Assembly (NCBI GenBank): GCA_963695855.1
Contig: CAVOHZ010000010.1
Location: 832,001 to 896,000, forward strand
Source of the DNA: an uncultured Nitrososphaerales archaeon
GTDB lineage: Archaea; Thermoproteota; Nitrososphaeria; Nitrososphaerales; Nitrososphaeraceae
DNA: 64,000 nt
Reading direction: 5' to 3'
Position numbers and translations under genes: made by a program. Shown one piece after another: positions 21,649-32,826 of this stretch (position 1 is the stretch's first letter; each line of letters begins with the position of its first letter). The notes beneath the pieces were generated by a model that saw only the letters and a program-made list of their open reading frames with translations, was not told the origin of the DNA and made no database searches.

Positions 21649-22233
21649 TTACATTACAGGTTCAGTATGTCCTGCTTCTGCAGCTTCATGAGATTCATGT
21701 TCTCCCTTGGCTATTTCATTAACGCCGATTACGACTGTTGATGTAGGCGGAAAATCTATGTCCTCGTCAGTTGGATTCTTCAAGGCAATATCTGTTATCT
21801 TAGAAACATTTCCACCGGGCATCAAATCAACATGATATAAACATAAATCTCCCGGTTTAGATAGATTTGCTATATTTTCTAATTCAGCTGGAGCAAATTG
21901 TGGTGCAGATCCTATCAAGACTTGAATTGGAGAAACAGAGTCGTCTTCACATGGTATTTTTACTGCAACATGACCTTTTAATATCGTATCAGGCGTACTA
22001 TCATAGAGATGGATAAAATCTTGAGATGGTAATGTTAGGTCCTGCAGCATAACAGTAACGGTATCCCTGACTGAAATTCCTTCAGTGTACTCTTCACCGT
22101 GCTCTTCTGGAGTTGTTGCATTGGACATCGTCTCGTTGGCCCCTTGTGCAAAGCTAGGTACTGTATTAAAAAGTCCCATCGCAAACGCTACCGTGACAAA
22201 TACTATAATAGTATTTGTAAGATATTTTCCCAT
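21649..22233 (-). CDS. Exported protein with His/Cys/Glu-rich motifs (possible metal binding)
   Basis: Signal peptide; HLYDSTP, GHVAVKIPC and CLYHVD motifs; His-rich tail. Confidence 0.7.
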   Translation of the reverse strand: MGKYLTNTIIVFVTVAFAMGLFNTVPSFAQGANETMSNATTPEEHGEEYTEGISVRDTVTVMLQDLTLPSQDFIHLYDSTPDTILKGHVAVKIPCEDDSVSPIQVLIGSAPQFAPAELENIANLSKPGDLCLYHVDLMPGGNVSKITDIALKNPTDEDIDFPPTSTVVIGVNEIAKGEHESHEAAEAGHTEPVM

Positions 22234-22479
22234 TGAATGTTCTTGATAATTAATGCTTTTAAACTTTATTGTACATCAATCGAAGGTTCAAATTTTTGAA
22301 TTTATGGGTAATTGTACTATATTCCTGAAATATTTTGTTTATAAAAAAATTCGTCGCTTCAAGGTTGTACCATAATATATTTAAATTCTTTCTGTTGATT
22401 TATGACATTGCTAAGGAATTTTAATAATCCAGATACATTCTATAATAATCCAAAAGTACTTGCGTTGATAGCAAGCGTT

Positions 22480-22820
22480 ATGATCTCATCTCATTTTTAA
22501 CTGTTCCAGCTATCTTACCACACATTTACCACAGAAATATGATTTACCATATTATAGTTCATTTGAGATCATTGATAATCTCACAATTTCTTGTATTAGT
22601 ATGTATCCTAGCATATGGCAGAACCAAAAGTGTCAAGATCTTCTTTATGACCCTAGGTTTTGTAACTCTCGTCGCAGTAGAATACTTGTACCTCTTTAAT
22701 TCCACTGCGGATATTTACGCTATGCTTATTCCAATTGCTAATATAGAACTTTCTCACCTCATTCTACTAATTATGGTTATTTTTTTTGGTATAAGTTTTC
22801 TGAATGGTGCTAATAAATGA
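22480..22820 (+). pseudogene. Membrane protein partner of the winged-helix regulator (5' frameshift likely)
   Basis: Hydrophobic ORF; the His-containing N-terminal part ILPHIYHRNMIYH lies upstream in frame; ATG at 22480 is out of frame. Confidence 0.5.
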
Positions 22821-23356
22821 ATGCAGAATTTACTCTAGAAAAGAGAGAAAAAAAATTCAGTTCAAGAAAAAATAATTCATTTTATTATTAAATTTCCAGG
22901 AGTCAGATACAGGGAATTGTTAAGACTCACTGGACTTTCTAATGGCGTACTTACCTATCACTTAAATATATTGGATCGTTACGGTAAAGTTAAAATCGAC
23001 AGAATTAACAACAGAGTAACTAGATATTATTCTAAAAATAAATGGGATAAGGAGTCCAAAATTTTAGCTATACTGAGACAAAAAAGCACAAGAAATGTTT
23101 TACTGTTTATAACGTATCATGATTCTTGCACCTTTAATGAAATAGTAGTTACACCCATAAGGTTCCATCAACTGTCTCATGGCATTTGATGAGACTAAAA
23201 GAATCAAATATGATCAGGATACGAGGACACAATGATTATAATGTTTATGATCTATCTATAGATAAAACTTTTCTACTCAATACTTTACAAAAATACAACA
23301 AAAGTCTCAGTTCTGACATTGTAGAAGATTATGTTGAAATGATGCAAGAATTTTAA
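22817..23356 (+). pseudogene. Double winged-helix (ArsR/HVO_0163-like) regulator with two frameshifts
   Basis: PGVRYRELLRLTGLSNGVLTYHL and PSTVSWHLMRL are in different frames; shifts at an A-run (~22850) and at ~23150. Confidence 0.75.
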
Positions 23357-23801
23357 TTTTCACGAACTTTATCCTCTAGAGTTAGCCAAATAGTTTTATC
23401 TATAGCTATCCTTTTCTAGTCTATAGATATTTTACTTTTATCAGAGATCAACATTTTTTCCGTTATCGACTCAAGATTTTTTAGACGAATACCTTAAATA
23501 TACATCCTCTCAAAAAAAAACGATAACAAAAAATGGCTTTCCAAAATGGAAGTAGCATAAATATTGTTTCTCCTAAGGCATACAAAAAACAGAGACCCGT
23601 CGCATTAATTAACAACGATGCGATATTATCAAACCAGAAGTAAAAATGCTGGTGACCAGAAATTGTCACCTGAAAGGAAACTACTCGAAACCTTGTTAAA
23701 GGTGTTTTAATTGAAATACATGTACAAGTGCTAATAGCCTTATGGTATAATCGATGAATGTACTTTAATAGATTAATCTTCCATAATGAACTTATTTTAA
23801 T

Positions 23802-24842
23802 TTATCTTGGTAAAAATGAAAATTTAAGAATCATTTCTGAATTGTCTAACCCTTTCTCAGTTCTATCTTTTGTTAATTTAAACAGACTATTGCTATCTAA
23901 AACAAAATGTACTATTAGATACGAGGAATTTGAAAATGGATCTATTGACACGGAACTTTTACTTATTTCTTCAAAATCAATATCATTTATTTTTATGATG
24001 GAACTGTTAGCATTAAAAAATTTTTTGAAATGGTTCGGTATCTTTAATTCTGTATGGATATAAATAAAACCCTCCTCGATTCTTGTGAGATTATATTTAA
24101 AAGGAATTTCAAAAGAAATTTCATCTGTATTCACGTTATACTGGTATTTTAATATCTGATCGTTGTAAGACAATATGGTTAAATTATCATTTTTATTTTT
24201 GCTCATGTTATTAATATTTAATATGTTACCTAAGCTTAAATAAGAATCAAATTTTAAAAAATTCTGTCCATTTAAATCATTATTCTTCTTCATATTAGTT
24301 TTGATTTTAAGATGATATATTCCGCTCTCTAATATTGGATAGTTAACATAAACCGTTCCATTAATATCTGATTCTACCTTTGAGTTAATCATTGAGTTGT
24401 TATATTTGTCCATCTTTCCACTTTCTTTCTTAGCGGAGTTAAATTCTAAAACCAGTGAATCATTCTTTGAATGAAAAGTATCATTTAAAAATAGATCTTC
24501 AGTTATGTTATTATTTCTAAAATTATTTTTCAGCATTATTAATTCCATACTTTTTGGGTTTTGAGTTGAGTTATTTTCAGTGTCTATTAATTTAAAAATC
24601 AACTGTCTCTTTTCCTCTACATGAGAATCGACCATCGAAGGTTTAAATTCAACCCAAAGACCAAGGGGCGTATTATCTAAATTTAAAGGAGGTAATAAAT
24701 CCCTTCCAAAGTTATTTTTAATACCATTGGCATATGCATTTTCTATTTGATTAATAGATAAAAAGCCTTTTGAAGACGTGAGAAATGAAAGTAAAAATAA
24801 ACAGATTAATGTAGTTACAAAATAATTATTAGTTTCTTTCAT
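23802..24842 (-). CDS. Exported hypothetical protein (Asn-rich)
   Basis: Signal peptide; IHTELKIP and SIDPFS...IVHFVL motifs. Confidence 0.65.
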   Translation of the reverse strand: MKETNNYFVTTLICLFLLSFLTSSKGFLSINQIENAYANGIKNNFGRDLLPPLNLDNTPLGLWVEFKPSMVDSHVEEKRQLIFKLIDTENNSTQNPKSMELIMLKNNFRNNNITEDLFLNDTFHSKNDSLVLEFNSAKKESGKMDKYNNSMINSKVESDINGTVYVNYPILESGIYHLKIKTNMKKNNDLNGQNFLKFDSYLSLGNILNINNMSKNKNDNLTILSYNDQILKYQYNVNTDEISFEIPFKYNLTRIEEGFIYIHTELKIPNHFKKFFNANSSIIKINDIDFEEISKSSVSIDPFSNSSYLIVHFVLDSNSLFKLTKDRTEKGLDNSEMILKFSFLPR

Positions 24843-24922
24843 TTTTCAAAACTAGCCGCCTAAAGCGTCAAAAATTAAATTTCACGATACCGTCTACACA
24901 AAATATTCAAAAAATATTTTAT

Positions 24923-26584
24923 CTATCTGAATAGAAAGCTACAGATAGAATCATTAAAGTGTTTAAGACATTCTCTTTTCAGTTGTTCTAAGTATTTTCC
25001 TTGTCCAAAGTCATCAAAATCTTTTGGTGCGCCATCTTCAAAAGGTTCTAACTTAAAGTTTTCCGGTAGTTCTGGCTCTGGTAAAATTTCTAATTTAGCT
25101 GAAATATTCAATGGTTTTCCTTCTCTTATGATTGCAATTTTTACAACTTCTCCTTCTTTCTTGGTTTCGAGATACTTGTTAATGTCTGTAACATTGTTTA
25201 TTTTTATATCATCTATTCCAACTATGATATCTCCTCCTAGCCTGATTTGAGTATTATTAATAATTTCAACCTTGTATCCGCCTTTAATCCCTGCCTTGTC
25301 TGCAGGACTTTTAGAGTTTACATCTATAACCAGGAATCCTTTTGCTTCAGTCAAGTTCATTGCATCTGCAATTTCTGGTGTAACATTGATTCCTGTTACT
25401 CCTAATGAAGGATGTTCTCCTACCTTAGAAAGAGTTTCTGAATCAGGTCTTGCCTGGAGTATGGCATTTTTCTCTTCCAATGTTCCATTTCTGATTATTG
25501 TCAAAGATATCTTATCTCCAACAGATTTTTCCAGTTCCAAGTGTGTTAGTATGTCATCTATTTTCCTTACTGGAGTTCCATCAATTGCAATAATTACATC
25601 TCCTCCCAATTCTACTTGCCTTCCATCAATGCCATAAATTTTGTCTCCGCCCCTAATCCCTGCCTTGTCTGCCGGACTATTGGAGTTTACATCTATAACC
25701 AGGAATCCTTTTGCTTCAGTCAAGTTCATTGCATCTGCAATTTCTGGTGTAACATCTACACCAGTTACTCCTATCCATGGGTGTTGATAGGATCCTTTTG
25801 CAATCAATTCAGGTATTACCTTTTTAATCGTGTTGGAGGGAATTGCGAATCCAACCCCTGCATAAACTCCTGTGTTAGAAAAAATTGCTGAATTAATACC
25901 AATTACTTCTCCACTCAAACTTAGTAACGGACCTCCAGAATTTCCTGGGTTTATAGCCGCATCTGTTTGAATAATTCCTGGAATGTTGAACGCACCCACT
26001 TTCCCATTTCCGTAAACCGGTTCTTGCGATGATGGTAATAACCTTCCCAACCCGCTAATAATCCCCTCTGTAAGAGATCCTGATAAACCAAATGGATTTC
26101 CTACGGCTGCAACAGGTTGACCTATTGTTAGTGATGATGAATTACCAAGTGTTAGTGGTACTAATCTCTCCTTGGGAACATCTTCCGCGAATACCACTGC
26201 AAGGTCACTATAAGGATCAGAGCTCAGAACCTTTGCAGAATATATAGTTCCATCCGAAAAAGTAACATGCAATGTCTTGCTGCCTGCGATCACATGGTTG
26301 TTTGTTACAATATGACCTTCTAAATCATAAACGAATCCAGACCCCAATCTTTCTCCAAGCATTGCTGAACTTTCGTCCTTACCTGATATCTGGACTACTG
26401 ACTTTTCCACATTTTTAAATAATTCAGAAAGTGAATACGCTTGTGTATTCTCATCTTGAGCAAAAATATCGTAATGGAGATAATTAAGAACTAATAGTGC
26501 TGGTAGCAATAGAGCAAGAAAAACTAACATATTTTTGCTTGCACCGCTTAAATTGTTTATAATATTAGATTTTTTATTCAACAC
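24923..26584 (-). CDS. HtrA/DegP-family serine protease with two PDZ domains
   Basis: TNNHV, DLAV and QTDAAINPGNSGGPL catalytic triad; two PDZ repeats; N-terminal TM. Confidence 0.95.
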   Translation of the reverse strand: MLNKKSNIINNLSGASKNMLVFLALLLPALLVLNYLHYDIFAQDENTQAYSLSELFKNVEKSVVQISGKDESSAMLGERLGSGFVYDLEGHIVTNNHVIAGSKTLHVTFSDGTIYSAKVLSSDPYSDLAVVFAEDVPKERLVPLTLGNSSSLTIGQPVAAVGNPFGLSGSLTEGIISGLGRLLPSSQEPVYGNGKVGAFNIPGIIQTDAAINPGNSGGPLLSLSGEVIGINSAIFSNTGVYAGVGFAIPSNTIKKVIPELIAKGSYQHPWIGVTGVDVTPEIADAMNLTEAKGFLVIDVNSNSPADKAGIRGGDKIYGIDGRQVELGGDVIIAIDGTPVRKIDDILTHLELEKSVGDKISLTIIRNGTLEEKNAILQARPDSETLSKVGEHPSLGVTGINVTPEIADAMNLTEAKGFLVIDVNSKSPADKAGIKGGYKVEIINNTQIRLGGDIIVGIDDIKINNVTDINKYLETKKEGEVVKIAIIREGKPLNISAKLEILPEPELPENFKLEPFEDGAPKDFDDFGQGKYLEQLKRECLKHFNDSICSFLFR

Positions 26585-26778
26585 TTTTTTAATAATAACA
26601 GTTATGTATATTTCTTAACAATTTCAATTAAAAAATTTCTATAGGAATCTTTTATTTATCTAATATATTTATATATATTCTTTCTTGTCTATATAGCAAT
26701 TATTCAATAACTATTTTATCCTTAGATGCTATATAAAAAAACTTCTGGGAGTTGAAGAACTGTATTATTCGGATAATC

Positions 26779-27321
26779 CTATTTTACTTCTTTAGCTTGC
26801 ACATCAATTGTATAGGTAACTGTAAATGGTTCAGAATTTGTATTGTGAAAAAGCAATGCATCACCAACGAAATTGAAAGTACTAGAACTAATCAAAGTAT
26901 CATTAACTTCTAATGGTTTATCAACAATATTCTTAAGTTGTGAAATAGCAATTCTTTTATCACCAAGTACTACATTGTAGGGTTCCCCATGTTCAGAATC
27001 AATAATTTCAGTAGGATTATACTTATGCAAAATTTCTATTTCGATTGGTTTGCTCGCGGTGAAGGTTGCTGTTCCTGACCATATCTTTCCGTCTTCTCTT
27101 AGAGGCAATGCAAAAACAACTTCGTGTGGTTGTTGACCTGGGATACTTACAGACGCGGTTTTGGACATAACTGTTTTTTGTTGTACGATGGAAACATTAT
27201 TATCACCAAGAGCATTTGTGGAGTTATTATTTTCTTGTTGTTGTTCTTGTTGTTGGTATGAGTTTTGTATAAAAGATATAGATGCTATCAAAAAAATAAT
27301 ACCAAATAACAAAATATTCAT
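26779..27321 (-). CDS. Exported hypothetical protein
   Basis: Signal peptide; HEVVFALPLREDGKIWSG..FTASKP and ALLFH...EPFTVTY motifs. Confidence 0.7.
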   Translation of the reverse strand: MNILLFGIIFLIASISFIQNSYQQQEQQQENNNSTNALGDNNVSIVQQKTVMSKTASVSIPGQQPHEVVFALPLREDGKIWSGTATFTASKPIEIEILHKYNPTEIIDSEHGEPYNVVLGDKRIAISQLKNIVDKPLEVNDTLISSSTFNFVGDALLFHNTNSEPFTVTYTIDVQAKEVK

Positions 27322-27460
27322 CTCTATTTCTGGTTAGTTCCAAACTAAAATATATAAAAGTTCTTAAATTCCTTTATCATGAAGTAATATGACTATTTAT
27401 TAATAGGTTAATTAATTTTTATTAACTAAAAACAAATAACTGTATAAATATTATATTTTA

Positions 27461-28237
27461 ATGCAAAAAGGAAAAACATTTCTTCTTGAGGAAATGAGTG
27501 GATTCGAAATTAAAAAACAGGTTAATTCAAAAACAATAGCCGTATTGATTTTCGGAGCCTGCGAAAATCATGGTGATCACTTGCCTTTCGGTTCTGATTT
27601 TATTTTTCCATTAGATCTAGCAAAGCGTATTTCACTTAAATCTAAAAATTTAATAATTCTGCCTCCTCTTCCATACGGAGTAAGTATTCATCACAAGAAG
27701 TTTTTCATGACAATTAACATCGATCCTAATACTTTAATCAAATTCATTGAAGATATTATAGAGAGCTTAATATTTAACGGAATAAAAAAATTCTTGATAA
27801 TTAATGGTCATGATGGAAATATTGCTCCAATTGAAATAGCTTCAAGAAACACTAAAGGTAAATTTCCACAAGTAACAATAGCATGTTTGGAATCCTGGTG
27901 GACTCTAGTGGGCCAACTTTCTTTAAATACATTTGAGATTTGGGACGGTATGGGACATGGGGGAGAAGCTGAAACATCTGTTATGATGTACATCCGTCCT
28001 GATCTGGTAAATATGGAGAAAGCACCTGAAGACACTATACCCCAACTACCTGATCATCTCCGTATTTATTGGAATATGGATGAGTTATCAACTACGGGAG
28101 CAACAGGTTCTTCAAAAAAAGGTTCACTACAAAAGGGAGAAAGTGTCATGAAAATCTTGGAAAAATTATTATTATCTTTTATTAAAAATATGGAAAAAAC
28201 TGATTGGAAATATGGCTTATATTTGAAAGCAAATTAA
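27461..28237 (+). CDS. Creatininase (creatinine amidohydrolase) family protein
   Basis: GACENHGDHLP..D, NGHDGN and GHGGEAETS motifs. Confidence 0.9.
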   Translation: MQKGKTFLLEEMSGFEIKKQVNSKTIAVLIFGACENHGDHLPFGSDFIFPLDLAKRISLKSKNLIILPPLPYGVSIHHKKFFMTINIDPNTLIKFIEDIIESLIFNGIKKFLIINGHDGNIAPIEIASRNTKGKFPQVTIACLESWWTLVGQLSLNTFEIWDGMGHGGEAETSVMMYIRPDLVNMEKAPEDTIPQLPDHLRIYWNMDELSTTGATGSSKKGSLQKGESVMKILEKLLLSFIKNMEKTDWKYGLYLKAN

Positions 28238-28352
28238 GAGAAAGGAAAACAATATGTTTTATCTGTTCGTTGTACCACTTGGTTCTCTGATAATATGATT
28301 ATGTATCTCATGAATTAGTAAATATTATATAAAATAAAAAAAGAAATTTGGT

Positions 28353-28637
28353 CTATTTATAATATGGTTTTCCATATCTATCTTCAAAATATCCGCTTTC
28401 GTATTGGTCGTAATAACCACTATGTTTTTCTCCATTATCATAGCCTTCATTATCTTCTCCTTCATTATCATATTCTCTGTCATCATATCCTCGACATGCA
28501 CAATATTCATCATCATAGTTATCTTTTGTAGATTTATCTCCAGATGCATACACATCACTTGCTAAATACATGCTTATTGAAAAAAAAGCTCCAAGTGTGC
28601 TTGCTGCTAAAATTATTAATGAGTATGTTCTATTCAT
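28353..28637 (-). CDS. Small secreted Tyr/Asp/Glu-rich protein
   Basis: Signal peptide followed by a low-complexity acidic tail. Confidence 0.55.
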   Translation of the reverse strand: MNRTYSLIILAASTLGAFFSISMYLASDVYASGDKSTKDNYDDEYCACRGYDDREYDNEGEDNEGYDNGEKHSGYYDQYESGYFEDRYGKPYYK

Positions 28638-28868
28638 TTTTTTGTATACAATCCTATGAAAACATCATATATTAGGTGAATTCAAATAAGTTATATAATC
28701 CGACCACACCTTCTTTTTCTATATTTTTTTTTGATTTTCTGTTACTAAACAATTCTCCTTATGTTTACGTGTAATATTTTTTTTTGAATTATGTTACTAA
28801 TTCTAATGAAATATAAATAAATTATTTCTCGAAATCAATATTTTTTTATAGCCAAATTTGATCTTATT

Positions 28869-29864
28869 TTAGGTAATTGAAGAACAAATCATTGGAAACG
28901 AAATATCGTACCGAAAACTTGTATTTGAGTGACCACCATCAAATTCCTCGTAGTAATGTATTATATCCAAATTATTTAATTTATTATGTATCATTCTTGC
29001 ACCAAGGTGTAGGTTAAATTCATCTTTATTTCCGCAATCGATATACAAGAGTTTTAGTTTTCTCAAGTTATATTGATATTTATTTATCATTTTCACTGGA
29101 TCTAATGCTTTCCACATTTTCCATACGTCTTCTATGATCTCTCCTGTTTCTATGTCAAAAGGTAATTTTACACCCAGTTCAGAATTAGTATCAGGTGAAT
29201 AGTGAGCGGCCATAGCAAGGATATTGAGAGTTATAAAATCTTTTTTTTGTTTTCTATTTTGTTTTTTCCAAAATTGATTGAACCACTTTTTTACCCCTCC
29301 TGCTTCCTTGAACGTTTCGTATGCACTAGGAAAATCAGGCAGATAACAATATTCAAATGCAGAATCCCCAGAATGACATGCAATTGCTTTAAAAATTTCT
29401 GGGTACTTCATACCCAGAACAAGTGATCCATATCCCCCGGAAGATTTTCCCCACAACCCAAAGGAGGAAATATTATAATTACTCTGTATGAAAGGAACAA
29501 TTTCATTGACGATGTAATCTTCGTACCTTCCAGTTGCAGTCGAATTAATATATTGGTTTCCACCAAACTTGGTAAAACAATCTGGAATCGCTAGTATCAT
29601 AGGAGCAAGTTTTCCATCAGCAATTAGCCTATTCATTCTTTCTTCAATGTTCTCTCCTAAAGGATCAAAATTAAGGAATGTTCTGCCATTTCCTGCAAAA
29701 CCGGATAATCCAATAGATGCTGGATATCCATTAGAATGACTTTGTGAATAATTAGGAGGAACATATACTATTACTTCTCTTACATGCGGGTCATTGAGAG
29801 GATTAGATCGTAAAATTGTACTATCATGAGTATGCCTGATTATTCTTCCTTTATATTCGGTCAT
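28869..29864 (-). CDS. Alpha/beta-hydrolase esterase (Fes/antigen-85-like)
   Basis: VYVPP, GKSSGG nucleophile elbow, IDCG..DEF and FDGGH motifs. Confidence 0.85.
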   Translation of the reverse strand: MTEYKGRIIRHTHDSTILRSNPLNDPHVREVIVYVPPNYSQSHSNGYPASIGLSGFAGNGRTFLNFDPLGENIEERMNRLIADGKLAPMILAIPDCFTKFGGNQYINSTATGRYEDYIVNEIVPFIQSNYNISSFGLWGKSSGGYGSLVLGMKYPEIFKAIACHSGDSAFEYCYLPDFPSAYETFKEAGGVKKWFNQFWKKQNRKQKKDFITLNILAMAAHYSPDTNSELGVKLPFDIETGEIIEDVWKMWKALDPVKMINKYQYNLRKLKLLYIDCGNKDEFNLHLGARMIHNKLNNLDIIHYYEEFDGGHSNTSFRYDISFPMICSSIT

Positions 29865-29890
29865 TTTTAATATTTATGATGACTAGGTAT

Positions 29891-29937
29891 ATATAATATA
29901 CAAATATAATATACAAATATATTATACAAATATAATA
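29891..29937. repeat. 13-bp tandem repeat (ATATAATATACAA, about 3.5 copies) in the esterase promoter region
   Basis: Read directly from the sequence. Confidence 0.7.
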
Positions 29938-30132
29938 ATTATGTCTTGAATAAAGATTTTAATATCTGGTTTCTCCTTAAATTGTTTTATTCATGTAGTA
30001 CCGATTTTCAATTTTCTCTTTCATATTTGTTTTAACTAGTCATTATCTTATTAAAAATTCTATATTTGTATAAATAATTACGAACTGAAATCCCAACTAT
30101 ATTTATTTTAACCAGTTGAATAAAGACTTTAT

Positions 30133-31074
30133 TTATTCTCTCTTACTTCCATATATGCGGTAAATATTCCCAGTGGTACTCGATATGTAGTTCCACACTT
30201 CAGTACCGATTGGTAATTCCTTAAACTTGTTTTTTTGGTTTTCATCGACCACATCAAACACCAGCTGTCCGATCACAACTTGGTCAGGTTCTGCCAATGA
30301 AGTCATTTTAACTGCAATACTTACTGTATAACCTAAAATATCAATAATGGGTTTTTTTACTTCAATTTTTTCATTCTGGATGTTAATAATACTTTTCTCC
30401 CATCCATATTGTACAACAGCATTTTCCCCAACGTCTACTGCAATCCTTACATGTATTTCTGAATAATCGTATTGGCTTAAAATAGGATTGATTCCAAGTT
30501 TGATAACTTTAATCATTGCTAAAGCACAATTTAAGGCGTTTGCGCACGGTATCTTTTCTTCATCCCTTTCTCCTGTCTTCACCATAAAAAATCCTAAAAC
30601 GGCATCTCCCACAAATTTTAAGACATATCCTCCATAGGAAGATATTAGAATTGACATTTCCTGAGTAAAAGCTCTAATAATGTCTGCCAGCCTATTGGCA
30701 GATAATGTCATACAACGTTTCGTAAATCCCACTATATCAACATGGATGATTACAAGTTTTATCTTTGATTCGAGATATTTTTCTAGAATATATCTCGAGT
30801 CATCAGGAGATATGTTAAACTCTTTTGCCTGTAATGCAGACCATGTTCTAGTCTGTGCTTTCTTGATTAATTCGTTCACGTCAACTATTGCATCAAGATA
30901 AAATTCTGCCAATGTTGGAGTCAAATTTAAAGCTTGTTCAGTGACTCTTTTTTCGTCTGAATTTATTATATTTAGTATCTCTTGTGTGTCTAGATCAGTC
31001 TGTAGTGCAATTACCTCTATCGGTATCCCAGATTTATGTAAGTTGAGTACTGTTTGTTTTTGTTCAATGGACAT
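30133..31074 (-). CDS. Class III adenylate/guanylate cyclase
   Basis: HVDIVGFT, VLKFVGDAV and DILGYTVSIAVKM motifs. Confidence 0.9.
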   Translation of the reverse strand: MSIEQKQTVLNLHKSGIPIEVIALQTDLDTQEILNIINSDEKRVTEQALNLTPTLAEFYLDAIVDVNELIKKAQTRTWSALQAKEFNISPDDSRYILEKYLESKIKLVIIHVDIVGFTKRCMTLSANRLADIIRAFTQEMSILISSYGGYVLKFVGDAVLGFFMVKTGERDEEKIPCANALNCALAMIKVIKLGINPILSQYDYSEIHVRIAVDVGENAVVQYGWEKSIINIQNEKIEVKKPIIDILGYTVSIAVKMTSLAEPDQVVIGQLVFDVVDENQKNKFKELPIGTEVWNYISSTTGNIYRIYGSKRE

Positions 31075-31157
31075 ATCTTTTCGCCTCCTCCTATTATAAT
31101 AAAGTACTATATAGAGATAAATTAAAACTAACTGAATAAAGAAATTTTGGAATCAAG

Positions 31158-31448
31158 TCATAAAGATAGCCTAAATAATTCTCTTTGATCTATAGATTCC
31201 CATGCTCCCATTCCTTTTCCCTCTGCCTGATCACCAACAATTTCACTAAATATAATCTCCTTTGAATTCATTGGAGGCCAAATCATTGCTACGTATTCTC
31301 CTATTTCACCTCCTTTGTCCAGAGAAGCCATAGCTATATTCTCAGATTTAACATTCTTTTCTATCAACATATTCTTTACTCGTTCGTAAATTTGTCTATT
31401 TCCGTGAACAATTACATGGACCTTCTTTTCATCACTTAGTTGGGACAT
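31158..31448 (-). CDS. Hypothetical protein
   Basis: Clean 96-aa ORF with coding-like composition. Confidence 0.65.
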   Translation of the reverse strand: MSQLSDEKKVHVIVHGNRQIYERVKNMLIEKNVKSENIAMASLDKGGEIGEYVAMIWPPMNSKEIIFSEIVGDQAEGKGMGAWESIDQRELFRLSL

Positions 31449-31546
31449 ATTTTTCCTATACCCATAAAATATAAAAGCTTAACTTTTAACAAATTAAAAT
31501 AATACATTTATTATTTAACATTGTTTTAATTTTCTTGATCAACGTC

Positions 31547-31849
31547 TCATCTTCTTGATAGTTCATGTCTTTTTATGAAATTCATAAAAAGAAATTTGAG
31601 TATGAGTAGTGATTTTGAAATCTCGTTATAGTATTGAGCAAAAAATGCTATAAATACTGTAATGGCACCTCCAATTATTAATCGTACTCCGACTATTGAA
31701 AAACCTTCTCCATCAGAACCTATCATTTCCCCCAGAAATTTCAAAATGATGCCTACTGTACTTATTACTATTCCAGAAGAAAGTAAAGGCAGAAATAAAA
31801 CATGAAATGATTTTCTATCGACCAATATAGTACATATGATATTCTTCAT
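31547..31849 (-). CDS. Small two-TM membrane protein
   Basis: Start moved to ATG 31849 to avoid overlap with the next gene; two hydrophobic helices. Confidence 0.45.
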   Translation of the reverse strand: MKNIICTILVDRKSFHVLFLPLLSSGIVISTVGIILKFLGEMIGSDGEGFSIVGVRLIIGGAITVFIAFFAQYYNEISKSLLILKFLFMNFIKRHELSRR

Positions 31850-31896
31850 AGTTACTTTATAAACAATTTTATTGATAAAATAATATTTTTTTAGCA

Positions 31897-32826
31897 TTGA
31901 AAAGTCTAAATATTGCAGTATTAGGTGATCACGAAATTCTAAAGGATCTTGGTAAACTGGGTACAAGCTCTGATATTTCCCTATATGACAAAAAATTGGT
32001 CGACAAGGTGTTTACTTGGGTTTCCCCCATTACTTTTCCTGAGAAAATACAATCACTTGTTCAAGTAATAAATATGACCGAACTAGTAGTCTTAAATGTT
32101 AAATCATTAGATAAATATTTTGCTGAACAAATTATTGCGTTGGATTCACTTCAAATTTCACAGGGATTTATTCTTCATTCTTATGATGTTGATCATGATA
32201 GATTGCAACAGATGATCAAAGATACTACCGTAGCTAATTTCAGAATACTTGATGATGTTGATTCATTAAAAATAGAACTTAATAATGTTTCTCAAAGATC
32301 TAATGAAGGGAATTTAATTATTCCAATTGACCATAGTTTCGATGTCAAAGGAGTTGGAACTGTTATTCTGGGTGTGATCAGACAAGGTCGTGTAAAGATT
32401 TATGATAAATTAAAAATACTACCTTCAAACAAAGAAATTTTGGTTAAATCAATTCAAATGCATGATGATCCAGTAAACGAAGCATCAAGTCCTGCAAGAG
32501 TAGGTCTTTCTCTCAAAGGTGTCAGTCCAGATGAAATAGAACGCGGCGATATAATATGTGATGGAGAAGGATTAGAAGTATCATCTTCTGAATTAATTGT
32601 TCCAAATCTCTCAAGAAATAAGTATTATAAAAACGAAATTACTCAGAACCAAACGTATTTGATATCTGTTGGATTACAAATAAAACCAGTAAAAATCGTA
32701 TTTCAAGATTCCAAAATTAAATTGCTATTAGAGAAACAAATAGTTTATTATCACAACCAGAAATTTCTAATCCTAAAACCTGATAGCAAGAGTACAAGGA
32801 TTGTTGCCCAAGGATTGTTGCCTTAA
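31897..32826 (+). CDS. SelB-like/EF-Tu domain 2 protein with degenerate G domain
   Basis: IDHSFDVKGVGTVILG, VKSIQMHD and ARVGLSLKG..IERGD motifs; no canonical P-loop. Confidence 0.85.
   Translation: MKSLNIAVLGDHEILKDLGKLGTSSDISLYDKKLVDKVFTWVSPITFPEKIQSLVQVINMTELVVLNVKSLDKYFAEQIIALDSLQISQGFILHSYDVDHDRLQQMIKDTTVANFRILDDVDSLKIELNNVSQRSNEGNLIIPIDHSFDVKGVGTVILGVIRQGRVKIYDKLKILPSNKEILVKSIQMHDDPVNEASSPARVGLSLKGVSPDEIERGDIICDGEGLEVSSSELIVPNLSRNKYYKNEITQNQTYLISVGLQIKPVKIVFQDSKIKLLLEKQIVYYHNQKFLILKPDSKSTRIVAQGLLP

Noticed and set aside
23370-23755. Hydrophobic ORF fragments on the minus strand
   Set aside because: Too broken to assign a family
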